Shown here: positions 10,364-19,655 of the stretch, in pieces
Numbering within the stretch: position 1 is the stretch's first letter
Layout of the letters: each line of letters begins with the position of its first letter
Origin: an uncultured Actinomycetes bacterium
GTDB taxonomy: Bacteria; Actinomycetota; Thermoleophilia; RBG-16-64-13
Length of the DNA: 64,000 nucleotides
Assembly: GCA_963714175.1 (NCBI GenBank)
Contig: CAVQNN010000003.1
Location: forward strand, 1,029,795-1,093,794
Reading direction: 5' to 3'
Program-made: the position numbers and the translations under genes
Notes under the pieces: model-generated
The model's database searches: none
What the model was told of the DNA's origin: nothing
Seen by the model: the letters and a program-made list of their open reading frames with translations, nothing else

Positions 10364-10789
10364 TCAGGCAGGCGCCAGAGTACCCCGGTCGAGGAGCACG
10401 GACAGGCTTACCTTCGTGCCGCCTCCCGGGGCGCGGGTGAAGCGGACCTCGTCCATGAGGGCCACCATCAGCGGGAGGCCTAACCCTCGGTTCGCCACCG
10501 ATTCTCGTGGCGGGCACGGCGGACGGAAGAGGCCGCTATCGGTGACGATGAAGGTCAGGCGGTTGTGATGGAGCCTGGCGCGCACCTCCAAGAAGACGTC
10601 ATCGCAACCCGAATGCTCCACCGCGTTGGCGCAGGCCTCCGACACGGCCACCTTCAGGTCGAACACTCGCTCTTCGGTGAGGGCCGCTCCAATTGCCACT
10701 TCTTCCACGAAGCTACGGACCTGCCCAAGTTCGGCGGTCTCGGCCTTCACCTTGAGAACTCGGTAATCCTCCCGGCCCGACGCGCTCAT
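10364..10789 (-). CDS. Anti-sigma regulatory factor / Ser-Thr kinase (RsbW/SpoIIAB-like HATPase)
   Basis: 141 aa. Carries EACANAVEH (N-box) and RGLGLPLM (G-box). Overlaps the upstream STAS gene by 4 nt. Confidence 0.8.
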   Translation of the reverse strand: MSASGREDYRVLKVKAETAELGQVRSFVEEVAIGAALTEERVFDLKVAVSEACANAVEHSGCDDVFLEVRARLHHNRLTFIVTDSGLFRPPCPPRESVANRGLGLPLMVALMDEVRFTRAPGGGTKVSLSVLLDRGTLAPA

Positions 10790-11148
10790 CGCTCCCGTGT
10801 TCCAACAGGGAGGGCGGCTTCGGCTGCCAGCCGGTCGTCGAATGCTCGGAAGCCGGAGTCCGCGAACAACCCGACGATCTCCAGGAGCCGTCTGACGTTG
10901 GCGTTGGGGTTGATGACGCCCAACCAGCCGTTTCCTCTCAATCGCCGTGCTTCGGACAGCAGCACGCAGATGCCACCGCTGTCGATGTATGCGACCTGGC
11001 TCAGGTCGAGAAACACGATGGTGTTGCCCTGGTCAAGGACCTCGTCGAGGGCTGTCTCAACGGCGCCGCAAGTGCCGTGGTCTATTTCCCCTTGCATCTC
11101 AAGGAGCGGAGCCCCTCTGAGACTGGTTACTGTTACATTCATTTGCAC
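10786..11148 (-). CDS. Anti-sigma-factor antagonist (STAS domain)
   Basis: 120 aa. The DLSQVAYIDSGGICVLL motif contains the phosphorylatable Ser context (DSGG). Confidence 0.8.
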   Translation of the reverse strand: MQMNVTVTSLRGAPLLEMQGEIDHGTCGAVETALDEVLDQGNTIVFLDLSQVAYIDSGGICVLLSEARRLRGNGWLGVINPNANVRRLLEIVGLFADSGFRAFDDRLAAEAALPVGTRER

Positions 11149-11248
11149 CGAGTCACACTCGTTTCCAGCAACGTTCCTACTACTACCCCGAGTGCGGCAA
11201 CCTAAACACGGTTCGAAGGCCGGTTGTCTGCATATTCAGGGACCGAGA

Positions 11249-12382
11249 TCAGAGGAGGTTGGCGACTGTGGTCAGGGAGTAGCCTTGTTCCAGAAGCCAG
11301 TCCACGACAAAGGGGATGGCTGCGACTGTTGTGGAGCGGTTGTTGCCGCCGTCGTGCATCAGGATAATCGCCCCAGGCTTCGTTTGTGCCTTGACGTTGG
11401 CCAAGATGGCATCGACGTCCGGAGTCTCCCAGTCTCTCGTATCGACAGTCCACAGGACGAGCTGCATGCCCAGGGCCGCAGCTTGTGCCGTCACTACCGC
11501 ATCGTACGTGCCGTACGGAGGTCGCAAGAAACGGCTGCCCCCGATCACGGCGTTGGTTCGCGAGAGTTGACTACGGATCTCCTCGGGGCTCAACTTGGTG
11601 AGCACGGGATGATCCCATGAATGATTCTCCACCTCGTGCCCGGCCGACTTGAGCCGCTCGATCATCGCCTGGTTCCCGGCGGCCGAGCTACCCAGGACAA
11701 AGAACGTGCCCAGAACGTGTTTGGTCGCTAGTGCGTCGAGCACTCCCTGGGTGAACTTGCCGGGACCATCGTCGAAGGTGAGCGCGGCCAGCTTCTGCCC
11801 CGCGCGGGCGGTGCCGGTCCGTTGAAGCACGGCATCTTGCGGGGCGAGGATGGTGAACACGGCCGCTTGCTTGCCGGTCGAGACGCCCTTGAAGATCTCG
11901 CGCTCACCCGGTGTGCCGGCTTGGGCCAGGCTCAGGATGGCCCCTTGCCCCGTGACGGTCGTCTCGAAGGGGATATCATCGGTGACCCGTTTGAGAGCCT
12001 CGATCAGGTGGTCGCCGTGGCTGACGGTCACAACCGCGCCGTCGCGTAGCACTCGCCCGCCGTCAAGTGGTTCGCCGTTGCCCTGCCGTTCCGCCGATGA
12101 GCCGCCCCCCAACGCGATGACGTTGCCGGTGATGTCGAGAGCCGAGCCGGACCTGGCGAGGAGGGCCGAGAGTCCGGTCAGATCGGCGACTCTGGGCTCG
12201 CCCGGCACGACACACGTGACGTCATTGATCGTTATCAGGGCGTGGGTGTTGAGATGACCGGTGGGGACGAGGAAGAAGGCCACGGCTCCCAGGGCCAGGG
12301 CAGACAGGAACACCGCGGCCGGCCGCCGGCTCCACCTGCGGCGCCGCCGTCCATGTGACGATCGTGCGTTCGTCGTGGTCAT
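11249..12382 (-). CDS. Membrane-anchored polysaccharide/peptidoglycan deacetylase (NodB domain)
   Basis: Arg-rich N-terminus plus a TM segment. NodB motifs LTFDDGP, HSWDHP and LRPPYG. Intact. Confidence 0.85.
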   Translation of the reverse strand: MTTTNARSSHGRRRRRWSRRPAAVFLSALALGAVAFFLVPTGHLNTHALITINDVTCVVPGEPRVADLTGLSALLARSGSALDITGNVIALGGGSSAERQGNGEPLDGGRVLRDGAVVTVSHGDHLIEALKRVTDDIPFETTVTGQGAILSLAQAGTPGEREIFKGVSTGKQAAVFTILAPQDAVLQRTGTARAGQKLAALTFDDGPGKFTQGVLDALATKHVLGTFFVLGSSAAGNQAMIERLKSAGHEVENHSWDHPVLTKLSPEEIRSQLSRTNAVIGGSRFLRPPYGTYDAVVTAQAAALGMQLVLWTVDTRDWETPDVDAILANVKAQTKPGAIILMHDGGNNRSTTVAAIPFVVDWLLEQGYSLTTVANLL

Positions 12383-12649
12383 AGTCGGCCCATTATCCCA
12401 CGCCGGTCGCAGCCGGCAGTGCGCCGGCGCGAGACCAGGACACAGGAAGGGTTCGTAGCAGCGCTACGGACGCGCCGAGGACGACGCATCGTGCCGTTCA
12501 AGGCGCAGTGGCTTCATTCTGAGACGAGTTGCATCCCTCACGCTTGTTTTGGGATTCCTTCACACTTCCCTCACATCGACCGGCCAGACTGGGGCAGAGC
12601 GGATCGACCGCGGCAGGACTCAACAGAGATGTCCGAGGAGGCACTGAGT

Positions 12650-13081
12650 ATGAAGACGATCTGGAAGCGCAAATGGCTGGTCGTGGTGGCGACGTTGGCG
12701 ATGGTCTTGTCGCTGGGGGCGGTCGCATGGGCTGCCACCGACGGGGGAGTAGCCACAGACGAAGAAGTGGCAAGCGACGCGGTCGCCCAAGAAGGAACGG
12801 CTGAGGTCGGCGCAGCGGTTTCGGAAGGCGATAGCGAGACGACCGCCACAGGTGTGGGTGCCGGCCTCAGACAGGGCCTCAAGGAGCGCCGGGAGAAGAT
12901 GATGCAGCGGTTGGAGGATCTTCGCGAGAAGATGACTCCCGAGGATCAGGGTGTCTACGACGAATTGTCGCAGACGATCAAAGAACTGCGGGCTACCATC
13001 AAGGAGGCGAGGCAGGATCTGGCTGCCACGCTGAAGGAGTTGCGCCAGTTGGTCGGCAAGTATCGCGACAACGAGAGCTAG
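12650..13081 (+). CDS. Secreted helical protein (possible Spy/CpxP-like), hypothetical
   Basis: ATG at 12650 follows GAGGAGG. Signal peptide MKTIWKRKWLVVVATLAMVLSLGAVAWA, then a Glu/Lys/Arg-rich helical region with one MTPEDQ (LTxxQ-like) motif. The upstream part of ORF 12419..13081 looks noncoding. Confidence 0.55.
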   Translation: MKTIWKRKWLVVVATLAMVLSLGAVAWAATDGGVATDEEVASDAVAQEGTAEVGAAVSEGDSETTATGVGAGLRQGLKERREKMMQRLEDLREKMTPEDQGVYDELSQTIKELRATIKEARQDLAATLKELRQLVGKYRDNES

Positions 13082-13235
13082 GCGGCCGCTGAAGAACGGA
13101 GCCGCGGCTCCCAGGACACGCTGGCCGGTCCGATGACTGAGCACCCAGGCTGGGACGGGTGGCGCCGCCCCCGCCTGGGAGTCTATTCTGGAACTGACGT
13201 TGAGCCGACTTCCACAGGAAGGGACCCCGAGGAAG

Positions 13236-13944
13236 ATGCCGACGCGCGAGGCAGCGAACGAACGCAGAGCCGTGGTGATCGAGGACGACCCTTCGATCTC
13301 CGAGTTGCTTCAACTCTATCTGAGCCGTGAGGGCTATCTGGTGCAGGCGACCGCGTCTGGGCGAGGCGGGCGTCGAACTCGTGAGGGACAACGCCCCCGC
13401 CCTGGTTGTGCTGGACCTCATGCTGCCCGACTGCTCGGGGTTCGACGTTCTCAAAGAGGTGCGTGCCTTCTCCCAGGCTCCGCTCATAATCCTCACGGCC
13501 AAGGATGCCGAGCAGGACAAGATCCTGGGCTTGGAGCTGGGTGCCGACGACTACATGGTCAAGCCGTTCAGCCCCGGCGAACTGGTGGCCAGGGCCCGGG
13601 CGGTCCAGCGGCGGGCCGGCGCCCAGGAAGACGGCACGACGGCGCCTCAGGTGCTCGGAGGTATCGAGCTTCTGCCCGCGGAACGGTCGGTGCGGGTGGA
13701 GGGAACTCCCGTCGAGCTCACTCCCAAGGAGTTCGATCTCCTCCATTTTCTACTGATCAATCGGGGGCTGGCACTTCCCCGGGACCGGCTGTTGGAGGAG
13801 GTCTGGGGATATAGCTCATACGGCGACGCGCGCACGGTGGACGTGCATGTGGGGCAGTTGCGCAAGAAACTCGGTCCGTGGGGCCGGGTCATACAGACCG
13901 TGTGGGGGCTGGGATACAAGGCCGACCCTGGGGCCGCCGAATGA
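13236..13944 (+). CDS. OmpR-family response regulator, frameshifted as assembled
   Basis: Receiver N-terminus (RRAVVIEDDPSISELLQLYLSREGYLVQATASG) is in frame 0. It continues (EAGVELVRDNAPALVVLDLMLPD...winged helix...GLGYK) in the frame of ORF 13327..13944. One +1 shift near 13357. Confidence 0.88.
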
Positions 13945-15374
13945 GCTCCCCCTCGATTCGCTGGCGCCTCGTCGCGGCGCTGGCCGGAGTGTCGCTGTTC
14001 ACTCTGGTGGTCGTGGGCTTTGTCTTCTACACGTTCCTTGGCGACTACGTTCTTGATCGACAGAAGGGTCTGCTGCTCGATCAGGCGGTGGAAGTGGCCG
14101 AGCAGTTGGAGACGTTCGGTGATCTGTCTCCCTCCGTGGGGGCCCAGCAACGCATAGTAACGAGCCTGCTTCGCGCCAATCTGCGTTTGCTGCCGGAGGG
14201 GGCTGGGATCGTGGTGTTCCAGGGAACGACGGTGGTGGCGAAGGCCGGGAGCATCCCCGTCAAGGCGGAATACCTGGAGCGCCTGCGGGTGAAGGCAGAG
14301 GACGTGGGGGGTAGCGAGCCGGCCAGCCGAGTGGTGGGGTCGTATACCGACAAGACGGGGAGACGCGCGGACGTCATCGTGTCGGCGGCCCCCTTCCGAC
14401 TATCCGACGGCACTGAAGGTCTGGCGGTGGTCACGCTGGCCAGGGCGGACGCCTTTGCCGCGAGAACCGGCGTCTTTCGCAAACTGCTTGTCTCTGGGGC
14501 GATCGCCATCGCTCTGGCAGTCCTGATGGGCTGGGCGCTGGGAGGGTGGATGACGCGCCCGTTGCGCCGGCTCTCGTCGGCGGCTCGTGGCATGGCCCGT
14601 GGTTCGTACGACCAGCCGGTGACCGGCGCCTATCCGGGTGAAGTACAGGAACTGGCTGCCAGCATGGAGACCATGCGCCAGGAGGTGAAACACAGCGAGG
14701 CATCGCTGCGTGGCTTCGTCGCCTCCGCGGCTCACGAGCTGCGCACGCCGTTGACCTCGATCCAGGGCTTCTCGCAGGCCCTGCTGGACGGAGCGGCGGA
14801 CACGCCCGAGCAGCGGCAGCGCTCGGCTGCGGCCATCTACCGCGAGTCGACCCGGCTGCAGCGCCTGGTGGAGGCGCTTCTGACTCTGTCGCGGTACGAC
14901 TCCCACGAGTTCGAGCCCAACCTGACGTCTGTCGCCGTCGATGCTCTCGTGGGCGAGGAGGTGGAGCGCTTGGTCCAGGTGGGTCTGGCCGAGGCTGGGC
15001 GTATCACCGTGCAGGCGGGTTCCGAGGTCCGCGCGGTCACCGACGGAGACATGCTGCGACAGGTGATTGCCAATCTGCTGCGTAACGCCGTGCAGTACGG
15101 GGGGACCGACCCTGTCTCGGTGCGGGTCTTGAAGCAGGGGCGCGAGCTGGTCATCGAGGTGGAGAACGGGGGCGAGCCTCCTTCCGAGGAGGAGAAGAGC
15201 CGCATCTTCGCCCGTTTCTACCGGGGGCGTTCGGGCAGGCAGACGGACGGCTTCGGTCTTGGTCTCGCCTTGGTGTGGGAGATCTGCGAGGTGCTGGGAG
15301 GGCGGGTCGAACTAGTCGAAGGCGGGCCGTTGACCAGGTTCCGAGTGACCATTCCGGTGGACGACGCGAGGTAG
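13941..15374 (+). CDS. Sensor histidine kinase (2 TM, HAMP, HisKA, HATPase_c)
   Basis: ATGA overlap with the regulator stop. H-box SAAHELRTPLTSI, N-box LLRNAVQY, G-box GFGLGLAL. Intact. Confidence 0.9.
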   Translation: MSSPSIRWRLVAALAGVSLFTLVVVGFVFYTFLGDYVLDRQKGLLLDQAVEVAEQLETFGDLSPSVGAQQRIVTSLLRANLRLLPEGAGIVVFQGTTVVAKAGSIPVKAEYLERLRVKAEDVGGSEPASRVVGSYTDKTGRRADVIVSAAPFRLSDGTEGLAVVTLARADAFAARTGVFRKLLVSGAIAIALAVLMGWALGGWMTRPLRRLSSAARGMARGSYDQPVTGAYPGEVQELAASMETMRQEVKHSEASLRGFVASAAHELRTPLTSIQGFSQALLDGAADTPEQRQRSAAAIYRESTRLQRLVEALLTLSRYDSHEFEPNLTSVAVDALVGEEVERLVQVGLAEAGRITVQAGSEVRAVTDGDMLRQVIANLLRNAVQYGGTDPVSVRVLKQGRELVIEVENGGEPPSEEEKSRIFARFYRGRSGRQTDGFGLGLALVWEICEVLGGRVELVEGGPLTRFRVTIPVDDAR

Positions 15375-15471
15375 CGCGGAGGCTCGCTGGACGGTCCGGT
15401 GGGGGCCGGGGTTCAGGGGGCGTGTGTTACCATACGGGCCACGCGGTCTGTCAAGCTACAACGAGGTCGGC

Positions 15472-16917
15472 GTGCGCATCACCTTCATCGAGCCTGCAGC
15501 TCCGGGCTTTCACATCTACAGCTTCGTCAAGCAGATCCGGTTGGGACTCCCTCTTCTCGGTGCGCTCATGAAGCAGCGCGGGCACGATGTTCGCGTCTAC
15601 GCCGAGAGCCTGAGCGAGGTCGACTGGGACTACGTTCTTTCTTCGGATCTGGTGGGTGTTTCCACTACCACCTCCACCGCGATACGCGCCTACCAGTACG
15701 CCCAAAGGGTACGTGACGCCGGGATCCCGGTCATCATGGGAGGGCCCCACGTGACGTTCCTGGCCGACGAGGCCATGGACTTCTGCGACTACGTCGTGCG
15801 CAACGAAGGCGAAGAGACTCTCATCGAACTGGTCGACCACCTGCAAGGGCGGGGGTCGCTGGAGAGCATACTCGGGCTCACCTACCGAGCTGCCGACGGC
15901 CGCGTCGTGCACAACCCCGCTCGTCCTCTGCTGAGTTCGCTGACCGACCTGCCCTGGCCCGACATGAGTCTCGTGGTCGGGGGAGAGAAGATCAGCCCGA
16001 CCCCCATGTTGGCGTCCCGCGGGTGCCCGTTCGGATGCGAATTCTGCTCGGTAGTGCTCATGTTCGGACGCAAGGTCCGCACGGTCGAGCCGGTGGAGGT
16101 AGTGAGGCAGCTCAAGAAGTTGCAGCCGCAGAAGACCTTCTTCTACGACGACAACTTCCTCATCAGCAAGCGCAGGGGCAAAGAACTGCTCGCCGAGATG
16201 ATCCGCCAGGGGCTCAGCAACCCGTTCTACGCTCAGATCCGGGTCGACTCCGTATGCAAGGACGGCAAGGTCGACAAGGAGCTCCTCGACCTGCTCTGGA
16301 ACGCAGGCTGCCGGATCGTCTACCTGGGTCTGGAGTCGGTCAACCCGGCCACGCTCAAGGAGTATCACAAAGAATCGAGCATCGACGACATGTCGGGCGG
16401 TCTCGAAGCGCTCGCCGCCAGAGGCATCAGGACCCACGGCATGTTCGTGTTCGGTGCCGATTCCGACACGCTGGAATCCCTGCACAGCACTGCCGACTAC
16501 GCGGTCGATCACGGCTTGAGCAGCGTCCAGTTCCTCGTGCTCACACCTCTTCCCGGCACTCGGCAGACAGCGCAGCTCGAAGCTGAGGGCCGCGTCTTCA
16601 CCAAGAACTACAGCTTGTACGACGGGCATCACGTGGTCCACTGGCCCAAGCAGATGACTCCCTACGAGCTCCAGGAAGCCGTGCTGGACGCGCACAAACG
16701 CTTCTACAGACCTCGGCGGATGCTCACCATCAAGTCCGAGTTCCCCATATACCGAAAGCACCAGGTGGAAGGCTACCTGATGAGCCATGCTTGGGAACAC
16801 GTTCGCGAGAATCGCGAGTTCCTACGCGAGCTCAGGGAGTTCTCCGAGACCCAATCACCCCCGGCTCCGGGAGAAGGTGGTCTTCTCCAATCGGGGTTCG
16901 GGACTGCAGCCGGTTAG
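15472..16917 (+). CDS. B12-binding-domain radical SAM protein (class B), unknown substrate
   Basis: N-terminal cobalamin-binding-like Rossmann region, then the CPFGCEFC radical-SAM cluster motif. Start probably GTG 15472 (VRITFIEP); the ORF track begins at 15424. Intact. Confidence 0.8.
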   Translation: MRITFIEPAAPGFHIYSFVKQIRLGLPLLGALMKQRGHDVRVYAESLSEVDWDYVLSSDLVGVSTTTSTAIRAYQYAQRVRDAGIPVIMGGPHVTFLADEAMDFCDYVVRNEGEETLIELVDHLQGRGSLESILGLTYRAADGRVVHNPARPLLSSLTDLPWPDMSLVVGGEKISPTPMLASRGCPFGCEFCSVVLMFGRKVRTVEPVEVVRQLKKLQPQKTFFYDDNFLISKRRGKELLAEMIRQGLSNPFYAQIRVDSVCKDGKVDKELLDLLWNAGCRIVYLGLESVNPATLKEYHKESSIDDMSGGLEALAARGIRTHGMFVFGADSDTLESLHSTADYAVDHGLSSVQFLVLTPLPGTRQTAQLEAEGRVFTKNYSLYDGHHVVHWPKQMTPYELQEAVLDAHKRFYRPRRMLTIKSEFPIYRKHQVEGYLMSHAWEHVRENREFLRELREFSETQSPPAPGEGGLLQSGFGTAAG

Positions 16918-17045
16918 CCTCTGACCCAGCAGGTTATCCCCGCCAGTGGAGGATTTCCTGCACCCTTTGCGAAAAGCTATCAAGACTGAATGGCGCGGTC
17001 GCCAACCTGACCGGCGTAGTCACCAACCGACGTAGGGGAGATAGC

Positions 17046-17804
17046 TTGGCCAAAGTCGTGGCCTTTACGAACCAAAAGGGCGGCGTGGCGAAGACCACGA
17101 CGACCATCAACCTGGGGGTAGCCTTCCAGGAGATGGGACTCCGCGTCCTGGTGGTCGACATGGACCCTCAGGGCAATCTCACCATGAGCCTGGGGCTGAA
17201 CCCGGACTCGGTGCGGCCCAGCATGTACGACGTGCTGGTGAGCGGGGTCAGCATCGAGGATGCGATCCACCATCAAGAGATCGATGTAGCCGTGGCCAGC
17301 ATCGACCTGGCGGCGGTCGAGATCGCCCTCAGCTCCCTGATCGGAAGAGAGCGGGCCCTGAGCAAGGCCCTGATGCAGGTGCAGGACGAGTACGACTACA
17401 TCTTGATCGACACCCCGCCATCGCTCGGCCTGTTGACGATCAATGCGCTCACGGCCTCCGACGCGCTCATAGTCCCCGTGCAGTGCGAGTACCTGTCTCT
17501 GCGGGGGCTGGCCCAGTTGGAGCGGACGCTCGAGTTGGTACGCGAGAACCTCAATCCCAACGTGCATATTGCCGGTATCGTCCCGACTATGTACGATTCA
17601 CGTACGGTACATGGACGGGAGGCCGTAGAGGTCCTCAGAAGCAGCTTCGGCGATCTGGTCTTCGCGACGACCATCAACAAGACCATCAGGTTCGCGGAAG
17701 CCCCGGTAAAGGGAGAATCGGTACTCAAGTACGCGCCGGACAGCCAGGCTGCCAAAGCGTATCGCCAGCTTGCGAGAGAGGTGCTCGATGGAAAAAAGAT
17801 CTAG
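17046..17804 (+). CDS. parA: ParA/Soj-family ATPase (orphan: no parB adjacent)
   Basis: Deviant Walker A NQKGGVAKTTT, plus VDMDPQGN and LIDTPPSL. TTG 17046 follows AGGGGAGA. The upstream part of ORF 16791..17804 is not ParA-like. Confidence 0.88.
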   Translation: MAKVVAFTNQKGGVAKTTTTINLGVAFQEMGLRVLVVDMDPQGNLTMSLGLNPDSVRPSMYDVLVSGVSIEDAIHHQEIDVAVASIDLAAVEIALSSLIGRERALSKALMQVQDEYDYILIDTPPSLGLLTINALTASDALIVPVQCEYLSLRGLAQLERTLELVRENLNPNVHIAGIVPTMYDSRTVHGREAVEVLRSSFGDLVFATTINKTIRFAEAPVKGESVLKYAPDSQAAKAYRQLAREVLDGKKI

Positions 17805-17805
17805 C

Positions 17806-19161
17806 ATGAAGGACAGCGGCCTGAGCTCTCTCTTCAGAGCGACTGAAGCGGCCAAGCCTGCCGAAGAGGAGTTCCAGTCCATCTCCCCGACAGGGGCAGA
17901 GGCCTCGGAACGAGGGGCCTCTGAAGAGCCCGAGGTAGACATGGTTAGCGAACCGGAAGACAAGCATGGGGAAGAGCCGCCGGCCGAGACTCTGTGGGAC
18001 ACTCCCACCGATATGGCCCGACGCACCCTCATACCATCGTCGAGCAGCTTTCCCGCCGTCATCCGGGTGGTGGGGGTCGGCGGCGCCGGCACCAACGCGA
18101 TCAACCGGATGCTGGAGGCGGGTCTCGAAGGAGTCGAGTTCATCGCCATCAACACCGACTCGCAGGCGCTTGCCATGTGCGAGGCCGATCACAAGGTCCG
18201 GATCGGAGCGGATCTGACCAAGGGCTTGGGGGGAGGCGCAGACCCCAAGGTAGGGCGGGACGCTGCATTGGCGGCGTACGATGAGATCAAGTCCATCCTG
18301 AGGGGTAGCGACATGGTCTTTATCACCGCTGGGGAAGGGGGCGGCACCGGCACCGGCGCCGCACCGGTGGTGGCCGAGATAGCCCGTTCTCTTGGAGCGC
18401 TCACCATCGGGGTGGTGTCGAGACCCTTCGCCTTTGAGGGCAAACGCCGTGGCCTCCAGGCGCTCGAGGGCGCCCGCTTGCTGAAGCAGCGCGCCGACAC
18501 GGTCATCGTGGTGCCGAACGACAAGCTTCTTGAGGTGTCCGATAGGAACACGACCATGGTCGAGGCTTTGCGCTTGGCCGATGACGTGCTCAGGCAGGGA
18601 GTCCAGGGGATCTGCGACTTGGTGACGGTTCCCGGGCTCATCAATCTTGATCTGGCCGACGTGCGCACCATCATGAGCGGCGCAGGCACCGCGCATATGG
18701 GCATCGGAAAGGCGCACGGCGAGGGGCGCGCGAAGAGGGCCGCGGAGATGGCGCTCAATTCCTCGCTGCTCGAGACCTCGATCGAGGGCGCCCGAGGCAT
18801 CCTGCTGAACATCAGCGGTGGCACCGAGATGTCCCTGCACGAGATCACTGAGGTGGCCGAGATTGTGAGTGCCGCTTCCGAGAGAGAGGCCAACATCATC
18901 TTCGGCGCCGTGGTCGACGAGTCTCTGGGCGACACGCTCTGGGTGACGGTCGTAGCGACGGGGTTCGACGCGACCAGCGAAGAGGTTCTCACCGCCCAGG
19001 TAGAGAAGGCCACCAGGCACGATCACCCCGCCGGGCCGGAGACCCCGACCGCAACCGTAGTCGAGACCCCCCGTGTGAGTCCATCGGGGACGCCACGGAT
19101 ACAGTGGACGGACTCCAAAGGCGGCGACGACGAGCTCGATGTCCCGCCGTTCCTAAGGTAG
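17806..19161 (+). CDS. ftsZ: Cell division protein FtsZ with acidic N-terminal extension
   Basis: GVGGAGTNAINRM, the tubulin signature GGGTGTGAAPVVA, NLDLADVRT and the C-terminal peptide DDELDVPPFLR. Start uncertain: ATG 17806 (1 nt after the parA stop), 17788, or the internal ATG 18013. Confidence 0.92.
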   Translation: MKDSGLSSLFRATEAAKPAEEEFQSISPTGAEASERGASEEPEVDMVSEPEDKHGEEPPAETLWDTPTDMARRTLIPSSSSFPAVIRVVGVGGAGTNAINRMLEAGLEGVEFIAINTDSQALAMCEADHKVRIGADLTKGLGGGADPKVGRDAALAAYDEIKSILRGSDMVFITAGEGGGTGTGAAPVVAEIARSLGALTIGVVSRPFAFEGKRRGLQALEGARLLKQRADTVIVVPNDKLLEVSDRNTTMVEALRLADDVLRQGVQGICDLVTVPGLINLDLADVRTIMSGAGTAHMGIGKAHGEGRAKRAAEMALNSSLLETSIEGARGILLNISGGTEMSLHEITEVAEIVSAASEREANIIFGAVVDESLGDTLWVTVVATGFDATSEEVLTAQVEKATRHDHPAGPETPTATVVETPRVSPSGTPRIQWTDSKGGDDELDVPPFLR

Positions 19162-19187
19162 TTCAGGCCACCGGTAGGTCGGGTGAC

Positions 19188-19637
19188 TCAAGCGCGAAGG
19201 TCGCGTTCAAAGTACAGGCAGGTCTTCTCGGTGAGCCCCAGACGGCGGTAAAAAGCGTGTGCGTCGAGGTTCCAGTACTCGGCGAGGAGGAAGAGCCGAC
19301 TGCAGCCGCGTTCCCTCGCGATCGCTTCCGCGGCTCGGACCAATCCTGTGCCCACCTCGCTGCGCCGGTGGCTCTGAGTGACCATCACATCCTGCAGCTC
19401 GCACACCAACGAGGCCGACCAGGTGCTCTGCGAGAAGATGAGGGCGCACATCCCCACCAAGTTGCCCTCAGACTCGGCCAGCAGGAACAGATGGTCGGAT
19501 GAGGCTAAGATGGTAGAGACCGAGGCGCCCAGGCGCTCGGGCCCGGGGGGGACGACGCCGTGGTGCTGCATGATCTCCTCGAGTAGCGGGAGTATCCGGA
19601 CGGCATCGGATGGGGTGGCTTGCCGGTACGTGATCAT
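19188..19637 (-). CDS. GNAT-family N-acetyltransferase
   Basis: 149 aa from MITYRQATPSDA. The acetyl-CoA motif region is VTQSHRRSEVGTGLVRAAE. The rest of ORF 19188..20060 upstream is antisense to dat. Confidence 0.75.
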   Translation of the reverse strand: MITYRQATPSDAVRILPLLEEIMQHHGVVPPGPERLGASVSTILASSDHLFLLAESEGNLVGMCALIFSQSTWSASLVCELQDVMVTQSHRRSEVGTGLVRAAEAIARERGCSRLFLLAEYWNLDAHAFYRRLGLTEKTCLYFERDLRA

Positions 19638-19655
19638 CGACGACGAGGTTAGCAG

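Noticed and set aside
15451-16800. Long antisense or alternate-frame ORFs. Examples are 15451..16800(-), 17725..19026(-), 21282..22775(-), 24980..26776(+), 48685..49800(-), 49554..50861(-) and 50952..52841(-)
   Set aside because: Each lies opposite or out of frame to a gene with clear homology (radical SAM, ftsZ, pgi, lsrF, rplY/pth, mfd). All have Arg/Gly/Pro/Ala-rich low-information translations. These are high-G+C artefacts.
16918-17045. parS centromere site near parA
   Set aside because: I found no TGTTTCACGTGAAACA-like palindrome here or elsewhere in the window. The only gtttcac occurrence (about 59540) is not palindromic.
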